The notes: generated from the sequence alone by a model not told the origin. A DNA stretch of 64,000 nucleotides from Patescibacteria group bacterium (GCA_018897195.1 JAHILH010000001.1:92565-156564), one strand, 5' to 3'. Positions 8,909-18,134 are shown, counted from the stretch's first letter. Numbers and translations: made by a program.

Positions 8909-9286
8909 ATGACACAAACACAAAAACAAAACTATCAACTTACAAAAAATACTTTTCAAGAAGAATTTGAAGGTCGGCCACAAAATAAAAAGAGAGATTA
9001 TTTGGATTATGTGAAGCTCTTGAATAAAGTTATTATATTTTTTATAATATTTAATGCCGTCTATTTTGTGATGAATGTTAATGATTTATCAATCAAAGGC
9101 TTTGTTTTGAACAGTCAGAAGGCAAAGGTCTTTAAGTTGACAGAAGAAAATAAGAGCTTGGAATTGGAAATAACTAAATTAAGTGCCTTGAGCAATGTTG
9201 AAAAAAGAGCCCAAGAAATGAAATTGGTTAAAGTTGATAAGATTGATTATATTGAGGTTAATGATGGGGCAGTGGCTATGAAATAA
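8909..9286 (+). CDS. FtsL-like cell division protein (single TM plus coiled coil)
   Basis: Start moved to ATG 8909 (track start 8849 overlaps rsmH). TM VIIFFIIFNAVYFVM followed by coiled coil; canonical position between rsmH and ftsI. Confidence 0.5.
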   Translation: MTQTQKQNYQLTKNTFQEEFEGRPQNKKRDYLDYVKLLNKVIIFFIIFNAVYFVMNVNDLSIKGFVLNSQKAKVFKLTEENKSLELEITKLSALSNVEKRAQEMKLVKVDKIDYIEVNDGAVAMK

Positions 9287-9311
9287 ATATTTTTAAGTTT
9301 TTGTTGATGAT

Positions 9312-11318
9312 ATGTTGAATCGAAAGTCAGCCCGAGGCGGATCCGCCTTGAACGGGAAAAAAAAGAACACCGATTTTGTGAAAAAAGAGAATCGTCAGAA
9401 AATTGTTTTGGCGATTGTTTTTTTATTGGCGGCGGGGATTATTTATCGCTTGTTTGATTTGCAAGTAATAAAGCATGATTTGTATACAAAGATGGCCTCT
9501 GTGCAGCATCAAGTATATAATAAATTAATGCCGATGCGAGGACGGATTTTTTTGACCGATGAGAAAAATACTGATTTTGATGGTTTGTATCCATTGGCGA
9601 TTAATAAGGAGTTCGCAACAATTTTTGCCGTGCCGGCCGACATTGTTGATGATCCAGCTACGGTGGCTGGAAAATTGTATGACATTTTGGATAAGGAGGA
9701 TGTGGAAAAGGAGGTGGCGATTTTTCTAAGCAGTGATCCGCTTTTTGCTGAGGCTACTTCAACTATTGAATTTGTAATTGCATCATCGTCTAATTATATA
9801 AACCCTGACTTGGTGGCTAAATTGGCAGACGCGAAGTATTACAATCGATTGGCTGAATTCAAGCTAATTAAAAAAGAGCTGGAAATCGAATGGCGTCGTG
9901 ATGTAATTTTGAAAAAATATACGGAAAGATTGTCAAAGAAAAACGATCTTTATGAATTGATTAAGCGCAAAGTTGATGAAGATAATTTAAAATTAATTAC
10001 CGATCTGAATATTACTGGCATCGAACATGTTATGGAGAGTTATCGCTTTTATCCAAGTGGTAATATGAGTTCGCATATAACCGGTTATGTATCAAATACT
10101 GACGATGGTCAAGTGGGGCATTATGGCCTGGAAGGGTTTTTCAATGAAGAGTTAACTGGTATAGCTGGGTTTATGAGGGCGGAACGATCGGCTAATGGCA
10201 AGGTGGTAATTGTTGATGACCGCGAAGTGTTACAGGCTCAGAATGGTAGTGATATTATCTTAACGATTGATCGTTCAATCCAATATGAAGCTTGCACAAG
10301 AATTAAGGAGGGGGTAATCAAATATGGTGCGCGCACCGGAAGTGTGATTATCATGGAGCCGAAGACGGGGGCTATTTTGGCGATGTGTTCTTATCCTGAT
10401 TTTGATCCGAATAATTACAATGAAGCGCCGGACATGAATATTTTTAATAATCCGAGTATTTTCGGCGGATATGAGCCGGGATCAATTTTTAAAGCTTATA
10501 CTTTGGCGGCTGGCTTGGATCAAGAAAAGATTACGCCGAAGACAACTTATACTGATAAAGGTTTTGTGATGGTGCCGGGATGGAGTAAACCGATTAAAAA
10601 TTCTGATTTTTTGAAAAAAGGCGGACACGGCGTAGTGGATATGGATACGGTTTTGGAAAAATCTTTGAATACGGGTACGATTTTTGTGATGAATAAAATT
10701 GGTGCCGAAACCTTTATTGATTATGTGAAAAAATTTGGTTTTGGCGAAAAAACCGGTATTGAATTGGAGACGGAAAGCATAACCAATATTGTGAATTTAA
10801 ACCGAAAGACTTTGCGTCCGATTGAGGTGGCAACGGCAACTTTTGGACAAGGTATTACCGCGACACCATTGCAATTGACCGCAGCTTATGCAGCTATTGC
10901 TAATGGTGGTATTTTGATGAAGCCTTATTTGGTAAAAGAAATTAGAACTTCATCTGGTGAAAAAAGCGCCACGCAACCGACTGAGGTGCGCCGTGTGATT
11001 TCAGAACGAGCAGCGATGATGCTGTCTGGCATGTTGGTAAATGTAATTGATAAAGGTCATGCCAAGTTGGCAGCCGTGCCTGGTTATTACATTGCCGGTA
11101 AGACTGGTACAGCGCAGGTAGCTGGTCGCGGAGGTTATATCAATCGGACCATGCACAGCTTTGCTGGTTTTGCGCCGGTTGATGATCCAAAATTTGTTGC
11201 CTTGGTTATGTTGGATAACCCTGTTAATTCGCCTTGGGCTGATTCTTCAGCGGCACCGACATTCCAACAGGTTGCGTCATTTATTTTGAATTATTATCAA
11301 GTGGCGAAAGAGCGATAG
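9312..11318 (+). CDS. ftsI: class B penicillin-binding protein (FtsI-like transpeptidase)
   Basis: SxxK (GSIFKAYT), SxN (KSLNTG), KTG (GKTGTAQ); N-terminal TM; dcw position. Confidence 0.88.
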   Translation: MLNRKSARGGSALNGKKKNTDFVKKENRQKIVLAIVFLLAAGIIYRLFDLQVIKHDLYTKMASVQHQVYNKLMPMRGRIFLTDEKNTDFDGLYPLAINKEFATIFAVPADIVDDPATVAGKLYDILDKEDVEKEVAIFLSSDPLFAEATSTIEFVIASSSNYINPDLVAKLADAKYYNRLAEFKLIKKELEIEWRRDVILKKYTERLSKKNDLYELIKRKVDEDNLKLITDLNITGIEHVMESYRFYPSGNMSSHITGYVSNTDDGQVGHYGLEGFFNEELTGIAGFMRAERSANGKVVIVDDREVLQAQNGSDIILTIDRSIQYEACTRIKEGVIKYGARTGSVIIMEPKTGAILAMCSYPDFDPNNYNEAPDMNIFNNPSIFGGYEPGSIFKAYTLAAGLDQEKITPKTTYTDKGFVMVPGWSKPIKNSDFLKKGGHGVVDMDTVLEKSLNTGTIFVMNKIGAETFIDYVKKFGFGEKTGIELETESITNIVNLNRKTLRPIEVATATFGQGITATPLQLTAAYAAIANGGILMKPYLVKEIRTSSGEKSATQPTEVRRVISERAAMMLSGMLVNVIDKGHAKLAAVPGYYIAGKTGTAQVAGRGGYINRTMHSFAGFAPVDDPKFVALVMLDNPVNSPWADSSAAPTFQQVASFILNYYQVAKER

Positions 11319-11322
11319 CACA

Positions 11323-11491
11323 TCGTCATTCCCGCGAAGGCGGGAATCCAGGTGCCACAGATAATGGCTGCATAATTATAGAAAATGTTTTAATAAAAAT
11401 ATTAATAACAAGAGACTTCGTAAATTTAAATTTTCCCGATATTAAAAACGATATACGAGGTACCTGGATCCCCGCCTTCGCGGGGATGACG
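11323..11491 (+). repeat. MITE-like hairpin-terminated element E1 (169 bp)
   Basis: Termini CGTCATTCCCGCGAAGGCGGGAATCCAGG / CCTGGATCCCCGCCTTCGCGGGGATGACG; conserved core ATAATTATAGAAA ... ATATACGAGGTACCTGG; fills the ftsI-murF gap. Confidence 0.85.
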
Positions 11492-11501
11492 GAAGAAATA
11501 T

Positions 11502-12788
11502 ATGAAAAAACTATTACAATTAAAATTGAAAATATTATCTCAGTTAATTTTGAAAAAATATCAGCCGAAAGTGATCGGTATTACGGGGAGTGTGGGTAAA
11601 ACGACCACCAAGGAGGCTGTTTACGCTGTCTTGAAAGATAAATTCAAGGTGCGCCGCAATATCAAGAACTATAACAATGAGATTGGTTTGCCCTTGACTA
11701 TCATTGGCGTGGAGTCGCCCGGAAAAAATCTTTTTGGCTGGCTTGGAGTTTTTTGGAAGGCCGTGTTTATGATTTTGATTAAAGATAAAGATTATCCTGA
11801 GGTTTTGATTTTGGAAATGGGTATTGATCGTCCGGGCGATATGATGTATTTGAATGAGATTGCCAATCCAAGTATTGCGATTGTGACGGCGGTGGGCAAT
11901 GTGCACTTGGAATATTTTGGATCGCGGAAAAAATTACAAAAAGAAAAGGCGGATTTGGTGCGGGTGGTTCCCAAGGAAGGCTTGGTTGTTTTGAATTTTG
12001 ACAATGAACTGGTGCGAGAAATGAAAAAAGACAGTAGGGCCAAGGTGGTGACGTTTGGCATGGATCCGGGGGCGGATTTGAATTGCAGTGAATCGCGTTT
12101 TAGCTTTGAGGGCGGTGGTAGTTTGCAAGGCATTAGTTTTAAAATCAAATACAATGGATCGACAGTACCTTTTCTAATACCAGGCGTAATCGGTTTTAAT
12201 TCGATTTATGCGGCCATGGCGGCAATTGCAGTTGCCACAAATTTCGGAATGAATATGGTGGAGATTGCGAGCAGGCTGAAGGAATTTCGATCACCGCAGG
12301 GTCGAATGAATCTACTCAAGGGTATTAAAAACACTTCGATAATTGATGATACATACAATTCTGAACCAGTCTCTTGTGTGGCAGGCTTGGATGTTTTAGG
12401 AAAGTTTGCGGTTAATGTTGGTGCGAAGAAGTTTGCAGTTCTGGGAGATATGTTGGAGCTTGGCCAAGAGAGCGTGGAGCGACATAGGGAAATTGGCGAG
12501 AAGGTAAAAAGCGCAGGCGTAAATGTTTTAATTACGGTCGGTGAGCGCTCACGCGATATTGATCATGGAGCGATTGAGGCAGGCATGAAAACTGATAATG
12601 TTTTTCATTTTAATAATTCCGAGGAAGCTGGTCTTTTTGTGCAGGAAAAAATCAGACAAGGGGATTTAATTTTTGTGAAAGGGTCACAGGGTGTCCGCAT
12701 GGAAAAGGTAGTAAAAGAAATTATGGCTGAACCGTTACGTGCAGAGGAGTTGTTGGTGCGCCAGGATAAGGAGTGGGGTAATAAATAA
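11502..12788 (+). CDS. murF: UDP-MurNAc-tripeptide--D-Ala-D-Ala ligase MurF
   Basis: P-loop GITGSVGKTTTKE, DDTYNSEP, GDMLELG motifs typical of MurF. Confidence 0.85.
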   Translation: MKKLLQLKLKILSQLILKKYQPKVIGITGSVGKTTTKEAVYAVLKDKFKVRRNIKNYNNEIGLPLTIIGVESPGKNLFGWLGVFWKAVFMILIKDKDYPEVLILEMGIDRPGDMMYLNEIANPSIAIVTAVGNVHLEYFGSRKKLQKEKADLVRVVPKEGLVVLNFDNELVREMKKDSRAKVVTFGMDPGADLNCSESRFSFEGGGSLQGISFKIKYNGSTVPFLIPGVIGFNSIYAAMAAIAVATNFGMNMVEIASRLKEFRSPQGRMNLLKGIKNTSIIDDTYNSEPVSCVAGLDVLGKFAVNVGAKKFAVLGDMLELGQESVERHREIGEKVKSAGVNVLITVGERSRDIDHGAIEAGMKTDNVFHFNNSEEAGLFVQEKIRQGDLIFVKGSQGVRMEKVVKEIMAEPLRAEELLVRQDKEWGNK

Positions 12789-12852
12789 GACATTTGCGCT
12801 AATTTTAGAAGTGTGCTATTTTTTTAGCAAATAATAATTAACTATAAAAACT

Positions 12853-13551
12853 ATGATTAGTATCTTAATTCCAGTTTATAATCAAGCTGACAAGATAAAG
12901 GCTTGTTTGGAAACTATTAAAAATCAAACTATTCAAGATTTTGAGATTATCATTGTTAATGATGGCTCAAAGGATAATATTGAGGAGGTAATGGAGGACT
13001 GTAAAGGTATGTTCACACAAAAATTTTCTTTTATTAGTCAGGTTAATCAAGGAGCGCCAGCAGCACGAAATCGTGCTTGGAAAGAGGCGACCGGTGAATA
13101 TTTGTTATTCAGTGATGCTGATCTAAAAATGGAGCCGACAATGTTTGAGGAGATGTTGAAAGCGCTCAAAGAAAATCCTGAGGCTTCATATGCTTATTGT
13201 TCTCATATGTTTGGTGAAAAATTATTTAGATTTTGGCCGTTTGATGCTGATAAATTAAGAGAGATTCCTTACGTTCATTCAACTTCGCTAATCAGGGCTA
13301 AAGATTTTCCAGAGGCGGGTTGGGATATTACATTTAAAAAATTCCAAGATTGGGATATTTTCTTAACCATGCTAGATAATGGTAAAACCGGTGTTTGGAT
13401 TGATAAAGTTTTGTTCAAGATTGAGACAGGTGGAACGATGAGTGGTTGGTTGCCAGCCGTAGCTTATAGATTGTTTCCGTTTTTGCCTAAAGTAAAAAAA
13501 TATCAACAATGGATGGCCATTATTAAGAAGAAGCATAATATAAAATTCTAA
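12853..13551 (+). CDS. glycosyltransferase family 2
   Basis: ISILIPVYNQ...IIIVNDGSKDN and the DAD motif (FSDADL). Confidence 0.8.
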   Translation: MISILIPVYNQADKIKACLETIKNQTIQDFEIIIVNDGSKDNIEEVMEDCKGMFTQKFSFISQVNQGAPAARNRAWKEATGEYLLFSDADLKMEPTMFEEMLKALKENPEASYAYCSHMFGEKLFRFWPFDADKLREIPYVHSTSLIRAKDFPEAGWDITFKKFQDWDIFLTMLDNGKTGVWIDKVLFKIETGGTMSGWLPAVAYRLFPFLPKVKKYQQWMAIIKKKHNIKF

Positions 13552-14015
13552 TGCGTAAAATATTTTCATTGTTGGCTGTCTTGTTAATCGTTGGCGTAGC
13601 TTATTTGGAAATTAAAGAAAATACCAAAGACGGCCGCTCTTTAGAGTTTCCAAATGTTAAAATAAATGAGACTATTATTAAAGTGCTAGTGGCCGATGAC
13701 ATGCAGGAGCAAACGCAGGGCTTGAGCGATAGGCCGAAGTTGGAAAAAAGTGAGGGCATGCTTTTTGTTTTTGACACCAAGCAGGAACGTTCATTTTGGA
13801 TGAAACAGATGAATTTCCCGTTGGATATTATCTGGATTGAGGATGATAAAATTGTAAATATTCATAAAAATTTACCACCTGAAGGTGATAATCCGGAAAA
13901 TCACTATGCCTCGCAATTTAGAATAAATTATGTTTTGGAGGTAAATGCCGGATTTGTAGATGAGCAAAAAATAAAAATTGGTGACACTGTCCAATACAAA
14001 TTGATTAAAAATTAA
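13551..14015 (+). CDS. DUF192 family protein (signal-anchored)
   Basis: GLSDRPKLEKSEGMLFVF...FWMKQMNFPLDIIWI matches my recollection of the DUF192/COG1430 pattern. Confidence 0.65.
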   Translation: MRKIFSLLAVLLIVGVAYLEIKENTKDGRSLEFPNVKINETIIKVLVADDMQEQTQGLSDRPKLEKSEGMLFVFDTKQERSFWMKQMNFPLDIIWIEDDKIVNIHKNLPPEGDNPENHYASQFRINYVLEVNAGFVDEQKIKIGDTVQYKLIKN

Positions 14016-14025
14016 AAATAAAAAA

Positions 14026-15588
14026 ATGAATCTAGATAAAAGTTTTTTTACGGTCAAAAAATTCGTGGCGGCGATCCCGACCATGCAAAAAACCGATGGT
14101 TTTTTTAAAAAAGTCCTGCTTGCCTTTTTGGCCATTGAGACGCTTTCATTGATTGGTTTTATTTTTCCTGTTTGGGGAAAGATTATTTTTGTTCTTGTGG
14201 TCTTGGGGGTGGTATTTTTAACATTCAAAAATTTAGAGTATGGGTTATTTATTTTGTTGGCTGAGTTAATTACCGGTTCAAAGGGGTATTTACTTTTTTT
14301 TAATTTGCCACACTTTAATTTGTCTATTAGAATGGCTTTATTTATTGTGGTTATAATTGCCATGGTGGGACAAATTAGCCTACTTGCGATTAAGACTAAA
14401 ACTTGTCCGCTATTACATTTTTTGAAAAATAAAAACTTTAAATATTTCGTACCGATTATTTTTTTCATAGGCTGGGGGGTGATAAACGCTTTTTTGAGCC
14501 ACAATGATTTCTCTTATATCTACCAAGATGCCAATGGTTGGCTGTTTTTTGCTTTAATTTTTCCTGTTTATTTTATCTACGAAAATAAAGAGGAGGATGG
14601 TAAAAAAATATTTAAGGAAAAAATTATTACTCTATTATTGGCGGCTACTTTTTGGATGGCGATAAAAACCTTTGTATTACTTTTTGTCTTTTCTCATAAT
14701 TCAGCCTCTACTATGACAACTGTTTATAAGTGGGTTCGCGATACAGGGGTGGGGGAAATAACAAGAATGCCAACCGGTTTTATTCGCATATTTTTTCAAT
14801 CGCATATTTTTGCAATTGTGTCGTTCTTTATAGTTTTATTCTCAATCGTGGAAAGCAAGAAAGTGAAAATTTTTGATTTTTTGCTCTTGACTACTTATGC
14901 GGCAATTACGATTTTGTCTTATTCACGTAGTAATTGGGTTGGCTTTGCAGGTGGCTTAGCTGTGTACTTGTTAATTATTTTATTTTTAAAATCTTGGTCT
15001 AGGATCGGCAAGGTTTTTTTGGCAGGTATTGCCTCGATGATTGTGTCGTTTATTTTTATCAATATATTGATCACATTTCCACACCCAAAACCGACGTCAA
15101 ATTTTAACACGATGGATATCGCGGAAAGAGCAACACAAATTACAAATGAGGCTGGAGTGTCTTCGCGTTGGAAATTATTAACACCTCTTTGGTCTGAAAT
15201 TAAAAAGTATTTTGTTATGGGTCATGGCTATGGTTCGACTGTAACCTATTTTAGTGAGGACCCGAGAGTGTTGGAAACAAGTCCGACTGGAGAGCTTACT
15301 ACTTTTGCTTTTGAATGGGGCTGGTTGGAGATTTGGTTAAAACTAGGTTTAATAGGAATGGCGTATTATTTATTTTTGATTGGCAGATTTACGGTATTTA
15401 ATTTCCATCTTAAAACACTTAATGATTTTTTTACGAGTCCGGAAAATATCACTAAATTAGCGCTAATAATTGGCTTAATTACTATTTCCATAATTTCGTT
15501 TTTTAGTCCCTACATGAATCATCCGTTGGGCATAGGATATTTAATTTTAATGTCGATTTTTATTGACAAAAAGTCCTTAAATAGTTAG
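14026..15588 (+). CDS. O-antigen ligase-like (Wzy_C) polytopic membrane protein
   Basis: 520 aa, more than 10 TM helices; SYSRSNWVGFAGGLAVYL loop motif typical of O-antigen ligase/polymerase domains. Confidence 0.6.
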   Translation: MNLDKSFFTVKKFVAAIPTMQKTDGFFKKVLLAFLAIETLSLIGFIFPVWGKIIFVLVVLGVVFLTFKNLEYGLFILLAELITGSKGYLLFFNLPHFNLSIRMALFIVVIIAMVGQISLLAIKTKTCPLLHFLKNKNFKYFVPIIFFIGWGVINAFLSHNDFSYIYQDANGWLFFALIFPVYFIYENKEEDGKKIFKEKIITLLLAATFWMAIKTFVLLFVFSHNSASTMTTVYKWVRDTGVGEITRMPTGFIRIFFQSHIFAIVSFFIVLFSIVESKKVKIFDFLLLTTYAAITILSYSRSNWVGFAGGLAVYLLIILFLKSWSRIGKVFLAGIASMIVSFIFINILITFPHPKPTSNFNTMDIAERATQITNEAGVSSRWKLLTPLWSEIKKYFVMGHGYGSTVTYFSEDPRVLETSPTGELTTFAFEWGWLEIWLKLGLIGMAYYLFLIGRFTVFNFHLKTLNDFFTSPENITKLALIIGLITISIISFFSPYMNHPLGIGYLILMSIFIDKKSLNS

Positions 15589-15675
15589 GATTTGGGGCGC
15601 CTTGCAAAAAAACCACTTTTAATATATATTTATAAAATATTTATTAATATTATTTATTCAATTAAAAATTATACT

Positions 15676-16134
15676 ATGGAAGATCAAATTATTACACAAG
15701 AGGGTTATGATAAGCTGAAGGATGAGTTGGATCATTTAAAAAATTTTAAAAGAAGAGAAATTGCGGATAGAATTCAAAAGGCCAAGGATATGGGCGACTT
15801 GAGTGAAAATGCCGAGTATTCTGAGGCTAAAGACGCACAGGCCTTCAATGATGGCCGCATTGCAGAATTAATGGCGATGTTGAAGAATTTAACCGTAGTC
15901 GAGTCAACTGAACATCATGATTCTATTGGTATGGGCTCGAAAATTGTAGTTAAGTCAGATGGCAAGGAAAGAGAGTTCATGATTGTAAGTTTTAATGAGG
16001 CTGATCCGATTAATGGCAAGATTTCAAATGAATCACCGTTGGGTAAAGCGTTTATTGGTAAAAAGAAAGGCGCGGTTGTGATGGTGCAGACTCCGAAGGG
16101 GGCAAAGGAGTATAGGATTGAGAAGATTAAGTAG
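15676..16134 (+). CDS. greA: transcription elongation factor GreA
   Basis: Start moved to ATG 15676 (MEDQIITQEGYDKLKDELDHLK...); DLSENAEY motif; 152 aa. Confidence 0.9.
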   Translation: MEDQIITQEGYDKLKDELDHLKNFKRREIADRIQKAKDMGDLSENAEYSEAKDAQAFNDGRIAELMAMLKNLTVVESTEHHDSIGMGSKIVVKSDGKEREFMIVSFNEADPINGKISNESPLGKAFIGKKKGAVVMVQTPKGAKEYRIEKIK

Positions 16135-16149
16135 ATTATTACATTTTTT

Positions 16150-16179
16150 AAAAGCTCGAATTAGTTTCGAGCTTTTTTT
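16150..16179 (+). terminator. intrinsic terminator after greA
   Basis: AAAGCTCGAA-ttagt-TTCGAGCTTT followed by a T-run. Confidence 0.85.
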
Positions 16180-16380
16180 GTTTGATTTTTTCTTATTATT
16201 TTAAGCTACGCGCTCTCGCTTGTGTTACTTTTGGGGGCAAAAGTAACCAAAACCCTTGGGGGTGTTAAATGCGCTATCACTTGAAGGGTTTTATCTATTT
16301 TAATACTGGCGCTTAGTTCACACCCCCAAGCCCCCAGTGTTATTCTAATATTGGAGAAAATATGGGGTATTATTTAGGAT

Positions 16381-16408
16381 TTGACAAAAAATAACAATAT
16401 GATATATT
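16381..16408 (+). promoter_or_regulatory. promoter of the Rrf2/Fe-S operon
   Basis: TTGACA (16381-86), 16-nt spacer, extended -10 TGaTATATT (16400-08). Inverted repeat TACT-N5-AGTA at 16416-16428 is a possible Rrf2 operator. Confidence 0.55.
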
Positions 16409-16432
16409 TAATACATACTAATTCAGTAGGAT

Positions 16433-16831
16433 ATGAAATTTTCAACAAAAACAACTTACGGTTTGCGAGCAATGATTTTGTTGGCCCAAGAAAAGAATAA
16501 GAGTGTTCCGCTATCTATGGTGGCGGAGCGCGAAGATATTTCTTTGAAATATTTAGAAAGAATATTTGCCCAATTAAAAAAGGCAAATTTAATTACTTCG
16601 GAAATGGGATCAATGGGCGGTTATTGTTTAGCTGGTGAGGCCAAGGATATTACGGTCTATGATATTGTCAAAACTCTGGAGGGTGAAATTGCCCCTTTTT
16701 ACTGTGTGGCCAAAAGCGAGAAAGTTTTTTGCGGTCATAAATGTAATTGTGGCGTGACCGGAGTTTTGAAAAAAGTACAGGATTCATTAGTTGAGACTTT
16801 GAGAGGAATTAAATTGGTGGATTTAATTTAA
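16433..16831 (+). CDS. Rrf2-family transcriptional regulator (IscR-like, Cys cluster present)
   Basis: MKFSTKTTYGLRAMILLAQ wHTH, SLKYLERIFAQLKKANLI, C-terminal cysteines CVAKSEKVFCGHKCNC. Confidence 0.85.
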   Translation: MKFSTKTTYGLRAMILLAQEKNKSVPLSMVAEREDISLKYLERIFAQLKKANLITSEMGSMGGYCLAGEAKDITVYDIVKTLEGEIAPFYCVAKSEKVFCGHKCNCGVTGVLKKVQDSLVETLRGIKLVDLI

Positions 16832-16835
16832 TCCA

Positions 16836-16998
16836 CGTCATTCCCGCGAAGGCGGGAATCCAGACACCTCAGATATTGAATTAAATTTAAAGAAAATAAA
16901 TGTTGATTTGATATTATTGCAAAGCATTTATAAAAATAGTTTCTATAATTATTAATCCACTCATTGTGGAGCCTGGATTCCCGCCTTCGCGGGAATGA
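16836..16998 (-). repeat. MITE-like element E2 (163 bp, inverted relative to E1/E3/E4/E5)
   Basis: Same termini. Core motifs appear as reverse complements (TTTCTATAATTAT; CTCATTGTGGAGCCTGG). Sits 4 nt after the Rrf2 stop and 7 nt before the Ldt start. Confidence 0.85.
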
Positions 16999-17005
16999 CG
17001 CAATA

Positions 17006-17746
17006 ATGAAATATTCTATTTTCATTTTACTGTTTCTGTTTACATTTCCTGTTTTTGTGACGGCAAATAATATTATCGACGCTGACGGCGATGGCGTTTC
17101 TGACGCAGATGAGATAAATATTTATAAAACTGATCCCAATCTTGCGGATTCAGACAGTGATGGTTATAGTGATTGGCTTGAATTGAATAATGGATTTTCA
17201 CCACTGACAAAGGAGAATTTAAAATTAGAAGATGTTGATACCGACAAAGATGGCTTGAGTGATAGAATGGAGTTGAAATTTGGTACTGATTTAAAAAATC
17301 CCGATACTGATGGTGATGGCTATAAAGACGGCGAGGAAATAAAATTTTATTTTGACCCCTTGAATAAAGAGGCGGTAAAATTACCAAAGAGGTTAGAAGT
17401 GAGTCTTGGCGGGCAGATGGTCTATTATTTTTTGGATGGAGTAAGAATGGGTTCTTTTAAAATTTCCTCTGGCAAGGCAAGTATGCCGACACCCAAGGGA
17501 CATTTTAAAATAATCAATAAGGCCAAAAAGGTTTGGTCTGATTATGGCCTATGGATGCCATATTGGATGGGTATGGGTACTGGTAAGTTTGGTTTTCACG
17601 AATTGCCAATTTGGCCCAATGGTTATCGTGAAGGGGAAAATCATTTGGGTATTCCAGTTTCGCACGGTTGCGTACGCCTAGGTGTTGGATCGGCAAAATT
17701 TTTGTACGACTGGGCTGAAGTTAGCACGCCGGTGTTTATTTATTAA
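17006..17746 (+). CDS. L,D-transpeptidase (YkuD) with four thrombospondin-type-3-like Ca-binding repeats
   Basis: Start moved to ATG 17006 because the track N-terminus MWSLDSRLRGNDAI is translated repeat. DADGDGVSDADE-type repeats x4; catalytic HGCVRL. Confidence 0.85.
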   Translation: MKYSIFILLFLFTFPVFVTANNIIDADGDGVSDADEINIYKTDPNLADSDSDGYSDWLELNNGFSPLTKENLKLEDVDTDKDGLSDRMELKFGTDLKNPDTDGDGYKDGEEIKFYFDPLNKEAVKLPKRLEVSLGGQMVYYFLDGVRMGSFKISSGKASMPTPKGHFKIINKAKKVWSDYGLWMPYWMGMGTGKFGFHELPIWPNGYREGENHLGIPVSHGCVRLGVGSAKFLYDWAEVSTPVFIY

Positions 17747-17771
17747 AAAATTTATTATTAAGTTAAAACAT

Positions 17772-18134
17772 ATGTACACAGACAAAGTTTTGGAACATTT
17801 TCGCAATCCGCATAATCAAGGCGTGATTGAAGATGCCGATGCATTCGGGCAAGAAGGTAACGCTAGCTGCGGTGATATTATGAAAATATATCTAAAGGTC
17901 AAGGATGACAAGATTGATGAAATCAAATTTGAGACCTTGGGATGCGCAGCGGCGATTGCAGTGTCTTCGGCCTTGACGGATATGGCCAAAGGCAAGACCT
18001 TAAGTGATGCAGCGGCTATTACAAAAAATGATATAATTGAGGACTTAGGTGGTTTACCAAATCCCAAAATTCATTGTTCGATGTTGGGCGTTGACGCTTT
18101 GCGGACAGCGATTAAGCAATATCAAGATAAATAA
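17772..18134 (+). CDS. iscU: Fe-S cluster scaffold IscU/NifU N-terminal type
   Basis: Start moved to ATG 17772 (MYTDKVLEHFRNPHNQG); three conserved Cys contexts SCGD, LGCAAAI, IHCS. Confidence 0.85.
   Translation: MYTDKVLEHFRNPHNQGVIEDADAFGQEGNASCGDIMKIYLKVKDDKIDEIKFETLGCAAAIAVSSALTDMAKGKTLSDAAAITKNDIIEDLGGLPNPKIHCSMLGVDALRTAIKQYQDK

Noticed and set aside
13872-14504. 210-aa minus-strand ORF overlapping the DUF192 and O-antigen-ligase genes
   Set aside because: It is antisense to two well-supported, tightly packed + strand genes. Its sequence is Lys/Ile/Phe-rich, as expected from translating AT-rich DNA, and it has no independent signals.
16828-17025. ORFs made of SFPRRRESR / LDSRLRGND-type peptides (16828-17025, 26041-26223 and 26144-26329, all minus strand)
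   Set aside because: They are translations of the palindromic termini and AT-rich core of the MITE-like elements, not genes. The same applies to the first 14 codons of track ORF 16964.
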